Assembly (NCBI GenBank): GCA_007693785.1
Contig: RECY01000034.1
Location: 5,627-69,626 of the forward strand
Direction: 5' to 3'
DNA length: 64,000 nt
Source of the DNA: Phycisphaerales bacterium
GTDB lineage: Bacteria; Planctomycetota; Phycisphaerae; Phycisphaerales; UBA1924
A program made the position numbers and the translations under genes. Under the pieces are notes generated by a model. It did no database searches. It was not told the origin of the DNA and saw only the letters and a program-made list of their open reading frames with translations. Below, in pieces: positions 46,351-54,778 of the stretch. Positions within the stretch are counted from its first letter, which is position 1. Each line of letters opens with the position of its first letter.

Positions 46351-47127
46351 TCAGCGCACTGCGGGGGAGGACCCCGCCGCGTTCGCGACCGTCGGACGGA
46401 CGCCGAAGTAGGTGCAGATCGTGTCGCAGAAACCGGGCTCCGCGAGCCGATCCAGTTCGTCCTTCTGGAGCGTCGGGGCGTCCTCCATGCTGCTCTTGGG
46501 CGCCGAGACACGGAACTCCGTGCCCTTGGTGTGCTCCAGAGCCGTCCATGGCACCGGGACGCAATCCCCTCCCATGCCCGTCTTCACCAGCACAAAGCCG
46601 ACGTTGTCGCAGGTGTAGCGGTCGGTCACCAGGTCCTTGATCGAGCCCACACTCTCGTCGTGGGAATCAAGAATCTTGGCGCCCTCAAGGTCTTTGGAAA
46701 GCATGTATCGCACGCCGAGGCTCCCGGCTTGGCCGGACTTGGAGCCCGCGTCTTTGTGAATGCTCGGCGAGCGTCCGAACGCCTGCTTGACTTTGTCGCG
46801 CCATGATTCGTCGTGCAGGCTGTCCCACTTCTTCGGATCAAAGTCCGGAGCGTGCTCGAGCTGCGCCTTGGTCGTGCCGAGCACGAACCGTTCTTCCTCA
46901 GCGTCGCCGACGAACGACTCCATCGGCACCGCGACCGACTCGCGGTTGATGCCGAGCACGCCGCCGAAAGAGACCACCGCGTACGGCGTGACGCCGCTGC
47001 GATAGTCCACGATCAGCTCGGAGATCTTGCCGAGCTTTTCGCCGTTGGGGTTCACGACTTCCGCGCCGCGTACGTCCGCGGCCCGCACGAAGCCCCGCCC
47101 CATATGTCCGCTCATGCCATGTGCCAT
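46351..47127 (-). CDS. PRC-barrel domain protein (two PRC-barrel modules)
   Basis: ATG at 47127. GKISELIVDYRSGVTPYAVVSFGG and SIKDLVTDRYTCDNVGFVLVKTG. Confidence 0.7.
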   Translation of the reverse strand: MAHGMSGHMGRGFVRAADVRGAEVVNPNGEKLGKISELIVDYRSGVTPYAVVSFGGVLGINRESVAVPMESFVGDAEEERFVLGTTKAQLEHAPDFDPKKWDSLHDESWRDKVKQAFGRSPSIHKDAGSKSGQAGSLGVRYMLSKDLEGAKILDSHDESVGSIKDLVTDRYTCDNVGFVLVKTGMGGDCVPVPWTALEHTKGTEFRVSAPKSSMEDAPTLQKDELDRLAEPGFCDTICTYFGVRPTVANAAGSSPAVR

Positions 47128-47261
47128 GATGTCTTCCTTATCGCGATGAGATCGGGATCCCACGTCGCGAAACGCGTAGCCGATCATCATCACTTTTTGA
47201 GACGCTCCCCGACGTCGCCCCGTTTTCCACGCTGGCGGCTCACTCCGAGCCGCCCCAATGC

Positions 47262-47287
47262 GGCGGGCGTCCGCAAGGACGCCCGCC
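47262..47287 (-). terminator. strong GC hairpin, possible terminator
   Basis: GGCGGGCGTCC-gcaa-GGACGCCCGCC, a perfect 11-bp stem. It lies 136 nt after the stop at 47423 and has no U-tract. Confidence 0.3.
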
Positions 47288-47422
47288 GCCACTCCCGCCT
47301 TGCCCTCGCGGCGGGAATCGGCCGCCCACCCACACGCAGAGCGGCCGACGGAAAAACTCGGGCGAGGCTGTCCAAAGGGGGCCGAACCGCCCCGCCCGAG
47401 GTTACTTGCAAGAAGACCGGAC

Positions 47423-48571
47423 TTAGCGGTCGCGGCGCGGCGTGGGGGTCCGGTCGCCGTCGCGGCGATCCGTCCCGTCACGCATATCGCGCTGCTGCTG
47501 CTGGCCGTCACGGCCCCCAGACTGCTGGCGAGCCTGCACCTGGTAGAACGAGTAGATCGACTGACGGAACTGCTGATTGCTCAGGCGCGTCAGGTCATCG
47601 GTGTCCAGCTCCGGGCCCTGCGAGATGCGATCCTCGGTCACGGACAGACGGAACTCGTTCTCACCGACACGGTGCAGCGCTTCCCACGGGATCGGACGCG
47701 TGGTCGTGCCCATGCCGAGCACGCCGCCCGTTTCCAGCGTCACGAACCCGATGTGCCCGCTCGATTGGTCGACGATCACATCGTCGATCCGTCCGATCCG
47801 GTCCCCGTCCGAGCCAACCACTCGGGAGCCCTTCAGGTCCGTCATCATCAGGTACGGCTTGAACTCGCCGCTGGCGTGAGCGCCGGGCTGCGTGCCACGC
47901 CTGTCCTGATCGCGACCGTCCTGGTTGCGTCGGGTGTCCTGCTGCGGGTTGCGGCGGTCCTGATCACGCACGTTGTCCCGATCGCCCTCTCGCTGCTGAT
48001 CCCAGTCACGCCTTTGACCGTCACGACGGTCGCCATCGCGTTGGTTGGCATCGCGATCCATACCGGGCACCTGCCCGAACGCGTTGCGGACCTGCTCGCG
48101 CCACGATTCGTCGTGCAGATCGTCCCAATTATCCTTATCGAAATCGGGCGCACGCTCGAGACGCTCACGCGTCGTGTTGAGCATGAACTCTTCTTCGCGC
48201 TGATCCCAGCGGAGCGCGGCGATCGGCACCGCGACCGAGTCGCGACCCATGCCGAGGAACCCGCCGAAGGACACGACCGCGTAGGGCGTAGCGCCCGTGC
48301 GCACATCGACGATCAGGTCGCTGATGGTGCCCATCTCCTCACCGGTAGCGTTCACGACATCCTTGCCGGTCGCCTTGCCAGCCATCATGTAGACCGCCTG
48401 CTGCTGCTGTTGCTGCCGCTGCTGGGTCTGCTGCTGCTGGCCGGGCTGCATCGTGCGATCCGCCGGGCGTTGCGGCTGGCGCTCACGCTCGGTCTGCCCA
48501 ATCGCGGGGACCGCGAACAGCATCGCGGCCGTGAGCGGGGCGGTCGTCTTCAGAAAAGCTTTCATCTTCAT
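47423..48571 (-). CDS. secreted PRC-barrel domain protein with Gln-rich and Arg/Asp-rich linkers
   Basis: Signal peptide (AFLKTTAPLTAAMLFAVPAIG). The two PRC modules are paralogous to the gene at 46351-47127 (GTISDLIVDVRTGATPYAVVSFGG). I prefer the ATG at 48571, preceded by AAGGAG; the track start at 48577 is a TTG. Confidence 0.7.
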   Translation of the reverse strand: MKMKAFLKTTAPLTAAMLFAVPAIGQTERERQPQRPADRTMQPGQQQQTQQRQQQQQQAVYMMAGKATGKDVVNATGEEMGTISDLIVDVRTGATPYAVVSFGGFLGMGRDSVAVPIAALRWDQREEEFMLNTTRERLERAPDFDKDNWDDLHDESWREQVRNAFGQVPGMDRDANQRDGDRRDGQRRDWDQQREGDRDNVRDQDRRNPQQDTRRNQDGRDQDRRGTQPGAHASGEFKPYLMMTDLKGSRVVGSDGDRIGRIDDVIVDQSSGHIGFVTLETGGVLGMGTTTRPIPWEALHRVGENEFRLSVTEDRISQGPELDTDDLTRLSNQQFRQSIYSFYQVQARQQSGGRDGQQQQRDMRDGTDRRDGDRTPTPRRDR

Positions 48572-48581
48572 TTTCAACTCC

Positions 48582-48597
48582 TTGCGTAGCTACGCAA
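48582..48597. promoter_or_regulatory. perfect 16-nt palindrome abutting the PRC-barrel gene RBS
   Basis: TTGCGTAGCTACGCAA is immediately followed on the minus strand by GGAG and the start codon. Confidence 0.3.
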
Positions 48598-48703
48598 ATT
48601 CAATGGCTTGGGAACGCACGGGCGCAGCAATGCCCCTCGCCGCGAACGACGCTCCCATGACTACCAAAACAACAAAACGAATTCAGGCTTGGGCTGCGCC
48701 GCG

Positions 48704-48877
48704 TTATGTCACAGGGCGACGACGCACCAAGCCCACAATCAGTGACAGGATGAACAGCACGAGAAACAGAATGAACAGAATCTGCGCTATACCCGCAGTC
48801 GCTGTCGCGATGCCCCCGAGCCCAAAAACCGCCGCAATGACGGCGATGACAAAAAATACGATCGCCCAGTAGAGCAT
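48704..48877 (-). CDS. DUF1328 (UPF0391) small membrane protein, 57 aa
   Basis: Below the ORF-track size cut-off. My translation is [63 protein letters not shown] lies upstream. Confidence 0.7.
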   Translation of the reverse strand: MLYWAIVFFVIAVIAAVFGLGGIATATAGIAQILFILFLVLFILSLIVGLVRRRPVT

Positions 48878-49168
48878 CTGACTACCCTCCGTTTCACCTC
48901 GTCAACCTGTGCCCGCGCTTGTCTATTCGCAGATTCACAAACACGGCCATGTTTGTGCGCGGCGCACGCAAACCGAGCGCACGCGACCCCCGGAAAAGGT
49001 CATCCCGAACCCGAGTTGCCGTGAAGAACGATAAAAACGCCGCATTTTAAGCGGTTTGCACGTGATCGTCGCTCACATGCAAGCACCCGGAGCCAGGGCG
49101 GGGCGCCACCACGACACGGGGCGAGTGAAGCCATCCAACAACCGCACCGAGCATCGCACGCCGACACC

Positions 49169-50248
49169 TTACGGCGTGAGCAGCAGGGCTTCACCGGTCA
49201 AGCCCGGCCCGAACGCCATCGCGACCAGCGGCGCCCCGTCCCCGGCGCGCCACTGGCGCTCGGCGATGAACAGCACCGTCGGGGAGGACATGTTCCCGTG
49301 CTCGGCCAGCACCTCGCGCGACGCCGAGACCGACGACGCGTCCAGCCCAAGACCCTCGGCGACACTCGACACCACCCGCGGCCCACCGGGATGCACCGCC
49401 CACGAGCGCACGTCCGCGACCCCGAACCCGTACCGCGGCAGCCACCCGCGCACCCACCCCGGGACCTCCGCCGCCAGCACCTCCGGCACGCGGCTGGAGA
49501 GCGTCATCACAAACCCGTGGTCACCGATCCGCCACGTCATGCAGTCGCGCGTGCCCGGGATGATCACGCTCTCGACCCCGCGCACGATCAGCGACCCCCG
49601 CGGCCCGTCACCGCTCGCGACCACCGCCGCCGCCGCGCCGTCCGCAAACAGCGCGTTCGCGACCGCGACGCTCGCCTCGTCCGAATACTGAAAATGCAGG
49701 GTGCAGAGCTCGACGCAGCAGACCAGCACGCACGCCGACGGGTCAGCCTCCGCGTACGCCCGCGCCGCGGCGAGCGCGTTGATCGCCCCGTGGCACCCCA
49801 TAAACCCCACATGCGTCCGCCGAACGGTCGCGGGCAGACCGAGCGAGGCGACGAGCGCACAGTCCACACCCGGCGCGTCGAAGCCAGTGCAGGACACGGT
49901 GATCAGGTGCGTCACACGCGGCGCGCGCACGCCCGCACGCTCGAGCGCGGTCTCGCACGCGCGCCGGGCCAGCTCGCTCGCGGCCTCGGGGTACGCCGCG
50001 AGTCGCTCACCCGTGGTCGGCCCCCCCGAGACCGACCCCCCGGGCGGGGGCTCGAACATCTCCATTTTGCCGTCCGCCCCGACCAGCACCGAGCCGCGGG
50101 TCACGACACCGGCGCGCCGATAAATGACACGGAGCGCGCGCTCACGCGCGTTCTCGCCCGACACGCGGCAGGCGAGGTCCGCGACCTCGCCCTGCGTGAT
50201 CAAGCCCGCGGGCGTCGCCGTTCCGATCGACCACAGCCGTGCGCTCAT
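49169..50248 (-). CDS. type III polyketide synthase (chalcone/stilbene synthase family)
   Basis: Catalytic Cys (VSCTGFDAPG), His (AVHPGGPRV) and Asn (HGNMSSPTV). The ATG at 50248 forms an ATGA overlap with the upstream gene. Confidence 0.85.
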   Translation of the reverse strand: MSARLWSIGTATPAGLITQGEVADLACRVSGENARERALRVIYRRAGVVTRGSVLVGADGKMEMFEPPPGGSVSGGPTTGERLAAYPEAASELARRACETALERAGVRAPRVTHLITVSCTGFDAPGVDCALVASLGLPATVRRTHVGFMGCHGAINALAAARAYAEADPSACVLVCCVELCTLHFQYSDEASVAVANALFADGAAAAVVASGDGPRGSLIVRGVESVIIPGTRDCMTWRIGDHGFVMTLSSRVPEVLAAEVPGWVRGWLPRYGFGVADVRSWAVHPGGPRVVSSVAEGLGLDASSVSASREVLAEHGNMSSPTVLFIAERQWRAGDGAPLVAMAFGPGLTGEALLLTP

Positions 50249-51441
50249 GCCGCGCTCCCGCACGCCGCGACGCGTCCGCGCCCGACGATCGCGCGCCCGA
50301 TCGCCCCGCCGAGGCCCGGGCGCACCCCGATGACGCGCACAGCCGCCCGCGCGAGTTCCGGACGGCGCAGGAGCCACGCGACGCCCTTGCACCCGACCTG
50401 CCCGCGCCGGGCCAGTCGCGCCGCGGACGCCGACCACGCGCCCGGCGCGTACGACCGGCGGAGCGCCGACATCACGTGCGGGTGCAGGGCCTGCGCGCCG
50501 ACAAGCGCCCAACTCATGCCCTCACCTGTGAAGGGCTCGACATACCCCGTCGAGTCGCCGACGAGGAACACGCGGGCGTCGCCCTCGATCGCGGCTCGTC
50601 GGCGCGTCAGCGTCGGCGTGCCCTTGAACGCGACCGCTTCGAGCCAGGCTGTGCCCAGCCCCGCGTCCTGCAGGATCTGGCGCACGACCCCGCGGGCACC
50701 GTCTTTGGATGTGCGCACGGCCTCGGGCGCGACGGCCGCCGCGACCGACCACGCGTCGCCCGCCCCGAGCGCAGCCGCGCCGACGTACCCCGCACCCCCC
50801 ACCGTCATCGAGATCGCGTGGTGGTCAAAGATGCGCGCAAGCTCGCGCGCCCCCTCGGCGCGGACGACGGCGCCGAGCCCGACGTGGCTTCCCGCTCGCT
50901 CGCGCCAGGCGAACCGCGCATCGTCGCGGAGCGAGGCCGAGCCCAGCCCGTCGGCGACGATCACCACGCGCGTGCGCACACTCGCGCCCTCGCCGAGTCG
51001 CACGCGCCCGCCGGCGGCGTCCACCGAAGCCGCGACCCGGTCGCGGAAGACCGCGCCCGCGCGCACCGCTTCCTCCACAAGCGCCGCGTCCATCGACGCC
51101 CGCGCGATCGTGGTATAACCGGGCACCGGGAAAGAAGCCGACGCTGCAGCAGAGGCGACAGCCCCGATGCGGAGCGTGACCCGCGCGACACGCCCGCGCT
51201 CGTGATCGCCTGCGTCGTCGCGCACCGCGTGGTCGAGCACACGACGCGCGACGCCGGCGCTTTCGAGCACCGCGCGTCCCCGGCTCGCGAGGCAGCACCC
51301 GCAGACCTTGTCTCGCGGGAACGACGCACGATCGACCAGCAGCGTGCGCGCGCCGGCGCGGGCGGCGGCGAGCGCGCTCAGCCCGCCCCCGGGGCCCGCC
51401 CCCAGCACCACCACATCGAACGCGTCGTCGTCATGCCTCAC
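50245..51441 (-). CDS. FAD-dependent oxidoreductase (geranylgeranyl-reductase / flavin monooxygenase-like)
   Basis: DVVVLGAGPGGG dinucleotide-binding motif. DKVCGCC and GDSTGYVEPFTGEG. Confidence 0.75.
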   Translation of the reverse strand: MRHDDDAFDVVVLGAGPGGGLSALAAARAGARTLLVDRASFPRDKVCGCCLASRGRAVLESAGVARRVLDHAVRDDAGDHERGRVARVTLRIGAVASAAASASFPVPGYTTIARASMDAALVEEAVRAGAVFRDRVAASVDAAGGRVRLGEGASVRTRVVIVADGLGSASLRDDARFAWRERAGSHVGLGAVVRAEGARELARIFDHHAISMTVGGAGYVGAAALGAGDAWSVAAAVAPEAVRTSKDGARGVVRQILQDAGLGTAWLEAVAFKGTPTLTRRRAAIEGDARVFLVGDSTGYVEPFTGEGMSWALVGAQALHPHVMSALRRSYAPGAWSASAARLARRGQVGCKGVAWLLRRPELARAAVRVIGVRPGLGGAIGRAIVGRGRVAACGSAA

Positions 51442-52183
51442 ACGGGGCCTCCCACGTCACCAACCACCGCTCCGGCCAAACCTTCCGCACGCGGGCCCTC
51501 GACATGCCGGCGCGATCGAACCGCGTCCGCAGCTCCTCACGCGTCCATCCCGCCCGCACCGAGCGGACGGCGTCCTCGTGCACGATCGGCGAGCGCGTCA
51601 GCGTCCGCGAGCCCACCGCCGCGAGCGCGAGCCCGCGCCGCGTGCGCGCCAGATCGGCGACCACGACCAGCCCCGTCGGAATTGTGGCGCCAGGGTCGCG
51701 CGCACACGCCGAGCGCATCGCGCCCAGCACACGCTCGGCCTCATCCTCGGTCAGGTGATGCAGAAAAAGGCTGCACATGACCACGTCGAACCCGCCCGGG
51801 AGCGGGTCGCGGCACGCGTCGGCTCCGATCGTTTGCACCTCCACGCCGGCGCGGGCCGCCCGGTCGCGGGCGGCTTGGCGAGCTTCGGGGCTGATGTCGC
51901 ACAGATGGAGCTCCATGCGCACGCCTTCGCGTGCGGCGAGACGATGGACGCGGAGCGCGACGTCACCGGATCCCGTCGCGACGTCCAGCACGCGGAGCGG
52001 GCGATCGAGCCCGCGGCGGCGCGCCCACGGGCGGATGCTGTGCCAGATCGATCGCCCCGCGGCGCTGGCGGCGTTCAGTCGCGCCAGGCCGCGGAGCGCG
52101 TGCCGGTGGGCTGCCGGATCGAGCCCGGGCTCGTCCATCAGCTCGCCGACGAGTTTTCTGGGCATCGCGGGCACGGGGTGCAC
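51431..52183 (-). CDS. class I SAM-dependent methyltransferase
   Basis: VLDVATGSGDV motif I plus DVVMCSLFLHHL. The start is a GTG at 52183 or the ATG at 52165. Confidence 0.75.
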   Translation of the reverse strand: MHPVPAMPRKLVGELMDEPGLDPAAHRHALRGLARLNAASAAGRSIWHSIRPWARRRGLDRPLRVLDVATGSGDVALRVHRLAAREGVRMELHLCDISPEARQAARDRAARAGVEVQTIGADACRDPLPGGFDVVMCSLFLHHLTEDEAERVLGAMRSACARDPGATIPTGLVVVADLARTRRGLALAAVGSRTLTRSPIVHEDAVRSVRAGWTREELRTRFDRAGMSRARVRKVWPERWLVTWEAPCEA

Positions 52184-52217
52184 TGTATCGCGGGTGCCCG
52201 AGGGAGCTCCTGGGCGG

Positions 52218-53501
52218 TCATTTTCCCCGGTGGGCGCCGAGGGTCGGCGTTGTGCTGGGCGCGGCGCGGTGCCCGCCGATCGCGAACGACTGCCCGGACG
52301 GGTTGGCGAGGTATTGCTCGACGCTCATGCCGGTGACCTGCTTCTGGATGGAGCCGTCCTTCGCGCCGGCGTTGAAGACGCGCGCGTCGGACGCGAGCGC
52401 ACCTTTCGCTTTCAGCAGCAGAACAAAGCGGTGCAGGTTCATCGGCGGCGGGCGATAGTGCCCGCTGTCGTTGTCGATCCAGTAGATCTTGCCCTGGCGC
52501 GCCCCGATCATCCCGGCGCAGCGGATCAGCCCGCCGCTCTGGAACGAGGAGTGGTGCAGCTCGTACTCGCGGTGAAGCCCGACGAGCAGATCGCCGTGCT
52601 TTGTCCAGTTGTACGCCATGGTCTTGCGCCCGTGGGCGGCGTCTCGCGTGCCTTTGGGGGACTGCCGAGAGGTGATGCTGTCGGTGTCGAATGTGGAGCC
52701 GTAGCCGTGCCCGTCGATCTTGAAGGCGTTGCCGTTGTAGATCGCGATCTGGTAGATCCCGGCGGCCTCCGGGCCGACGCCGGAAAAATACTTCATCCCC
52801 GGAAACTCAACCGCACCCAGGATCATGTCGCGGTTGGTCTGCCGCACAAGGCAGCACTCGGTGTTTTCCAAAAACACAAAGAATGGCTCGCGGCATGACC
52901 CGTCGCGGACCTGCTTCGCCCATTCCTGGAGCATGACCTCCTGCTCGCGGCTCACGCTGGTGATCTGATCACCCATCATGCGGAACTCGTACACCCGGTG
53001 CATCGGGTCCATGCGTTCGAGTTGCACGCCGCCGTGCATGCCGATGAGCGTCTCGCCGGGATTGGCGGCCTTCCAGTTCGACGCGCCCTGGTGCTTCGGG
53101 GCCAGCGGCATCGTGACCACCGGACGCGAAGCCTTGAGCTGATCGAGCAACGCTTTCGGGTTGCGGATTTCCTCGTCGTTTTCCTTGTAGTACCGCTGAA
53201 GAATCTCCAGGTAGTTCGCTTTCTTGCTCGCCTGCGCGACCACCCACTCGGCGATCCACGACCGCACCCAGTCGGCCTCGGGCAGTTCCACGCTCGACGC
53301 CAGCTTCGAGAGGTTGCGCAACGCCATCACCCGCTGGGGGAACTGGGCGAGCTGGCCCTTGGGGATGCGGTGGTACTGGATCAGATCGATGTAGATGAGC
53401 TGGACGCCGCGTTGCTTGAGCAACTCCGGGTCCCGGTCGAGGATTTCGTTGTCGAATGCGCGCTTGGTCGGCACGTCCAGCCAGATCGGGTCCATCGTCA
53501 T
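52218..53501 (-). CDS. orphan protein (427 aa), no family recognised
   Basis: ATG at 53501 is preceded by GGAGGAG. Composition is non-repetitive and relatively K/N/Y/M-rich. Notable C-terminal motif: HHSSFQSGGLIRCAGMIGARQGKIYWIDNDSGHYRPP. Confidence 0.6.
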   Translation of the reverse strand: MTMDPIWLDVPTKRAFDNEILDRDPELLKQRGVQLIYIDLIQYHRIPKGQLAQFPQRVMALRNLSKLASSVELPEADWVRSWIAEWVVAQASKKANYLEILQRYYKENDEEIRNPKALLDQLKASRPVVTMPLAPKHQGASNWKAANPGETLIGMHGGVQLERMDPMHRVYEFRMMGDQITSVSREQEVMLQEWAKQVRDGSCREPFFVFLENTECCLVRQTNRDMILGAVEFPGMKYFSGVGPEAAGIYQIAIYNGNAFKIDGHGYGSTFDTDSITSRQSPKGTRDAAHGRKTMAYNWTKHGDLLVGLHREYELHHSSFQSGGLIRCAGMIGARQGKIYWIDNDSGHYRPPPMNLHRFVLLLKAKGALASDARVFNAGAKDGSIQKQVTGMSVEQYLANPSGQSFAIGGHRAAPSTTPTLGAHRGK

Positions 53502-53731
53502 CGTTCGCTCCTCCTCGCCTGTGATCGGGACCGGCGCCATGGTCGCCGGAAACCGGCACGCACTCGCGGGCAATGTACCGGAAGGCGGGCGGGTCGCGTG
53601 CGAGCGTCACGGGGCAGCATCCGCACGCGCCCCGAACGCAACGCACGAGCCGGACACCCCGCACGGGGGAGAGCCGCCATCCCGCGCCGCGGGGACAACG
53701 TAAAGAAGATTTTCGAATTGCACAAAAAGTC

Positions 53732-53760
53732 TTGATCGCAACTCGACACAAAGTTAATGT
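53732..53760 (+). promoter_or_regulatory. sigma70-like promoter candidate
   Basis: TTGATC, a 17-nt spacer, then TAATGT, inside the only AT-rich stretch of a 390-nt intergenic region. It lies about 130 nt upstream of the ATG at 53892. Confidence 0.35.
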
Positions 53761-53891
53761 TGGTGTTGAGACAAGACCTTCCGCGAACCCGTCACTCAAC
53801 CCCGGGTTCGGCCGTCGCCGAGGCGGTCTGGTGTGCAGGTCGCCCCGTACCTGCGCCGGCCACAGAGCGGAAGGACAGAGGAGGGATACTG

Positions 53892-54677
53892 ATGCGCGCA
53901 TCACGTCTGTGCGCCGCCGTCGTTTTGACGGCCGGCGCGGTCGCTCACGCCCAGGTGCTCTACAGCACCGGTTTCGAAAGCCCCGCGTTCGCCCCGGGCA
54001 GCGCGAACGGGCAGGACGGCTGGCTCAACGGCTCCAGCACCGGCGTCAACCAGAGCGTTACCGCAAGCTTCGCCCGAAGCGGGCTCCAGAGCCTGCAATG
54101 GAACAACACGAGCAACGTCACGTTCTCCAGCGTCCGGCGACAATTCGACGGGCAGAACGGTGCGATCACCCCCGCCACCCCGCTCGAAATCTCCACCTGG
54201 CTCTATATTGACCAATCCTCGGGCGATCAACGCCTCTACGGCATCTATGCCATGAACGGCCTCGGCACGCTCGGCGTCACCACCCTGGGCATGACCGTCG
54301 GCGGCGACGGCACCGTCCGCGCCGGCACCTTCTGGAGTTCGACCTACAGCGGCGCCGGCGTCTTCCAGGATTCCTCGCTCGTCGGGAGCTGGATCCAGCT
54401 CGTCCTCAGCTACGACGGCACCGGCGGGTCGGCCGCCATCTTTGACGCCGCCAACAATCCCGTCTTCTCGATCGACTTCGCGGCCGTCTCCCTCGGCAAC
54501 GCCAACGGCGCCGGCGCCAACCTCTGGGGCGTCAACATCGGCTCCGACTACAGCGGGACCGCCGACCGCACCGGCACCGGCTACATGGACGACCTCCGCG
54601 TCCGCATCATCCCCGCCCCGGGCACGGCCCTTGCCCTGACCGTCGGCCTCCTCGCCGCCACGCGTCGCCGGCGCTAA
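53892..54677 (+). CDS. secreted protein with a PEP-CTERM-like C-terminal sorting signal
   Basis: Signal peptide (AAVVLTAGAVAHAQ). The C-terminus IIPAPGTALALTVGLLAATRRRR reads motif, TM helix, Arg cluster. GGAGGG RBS. Confidence 0.65.
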   Translation: MRASRLCAAVVLTAGAVAHAQVLYSTGFESPAFAPGSANGQDGWLNGSSTGVNQSVTASFARSGLQSLQWNNTSNVTFSSVRRQFDGQNGAITPATPLEISTWLYIDQSSGDQRLYGIYAMNGLGTLGVTTLGMTVGGDGTVRAGTFWSSTYSGAGVFQDSSLVGSWIQLVLSYDGTGGSAAIFDAANNPVFSIDFAAVSLGNANGAGANLWGVNIGSDYSGTADRTGTGYMDDLRVRIIPAPGTALALTVGLLAATRRRR

Positions 54678-54702
54678 ACACAACAACACCCATCACACGC
54701 AC

Positions 54703-54729
54703 AACGCCCCGGGCCACGCCCGGGGCGTT
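54703..54729. terminator. bidirectional hairpin between convergent genes
   Basis: AACGCCCCGGGC-cac-GCCCGGGGCGTT, a perfect 12-bp stem, then GTCTTG. Confidence 0.55.
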
Positions 54730-54778
54730 GTCTTGCACGCGAGCGATCGAGAAGGACCGGTTGCGGCCGCCGCGCAAC

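Noticed and set aside
49032-49058. Possible terminator after the type III PKS gene (minus strand AAACCGC-ttaaaat-GCGGCGTTTTT).
   Set aside because: Only 4 contiguous GC pairs form unless a bulge is allowed. It is plausible but too weak to list as a feature.
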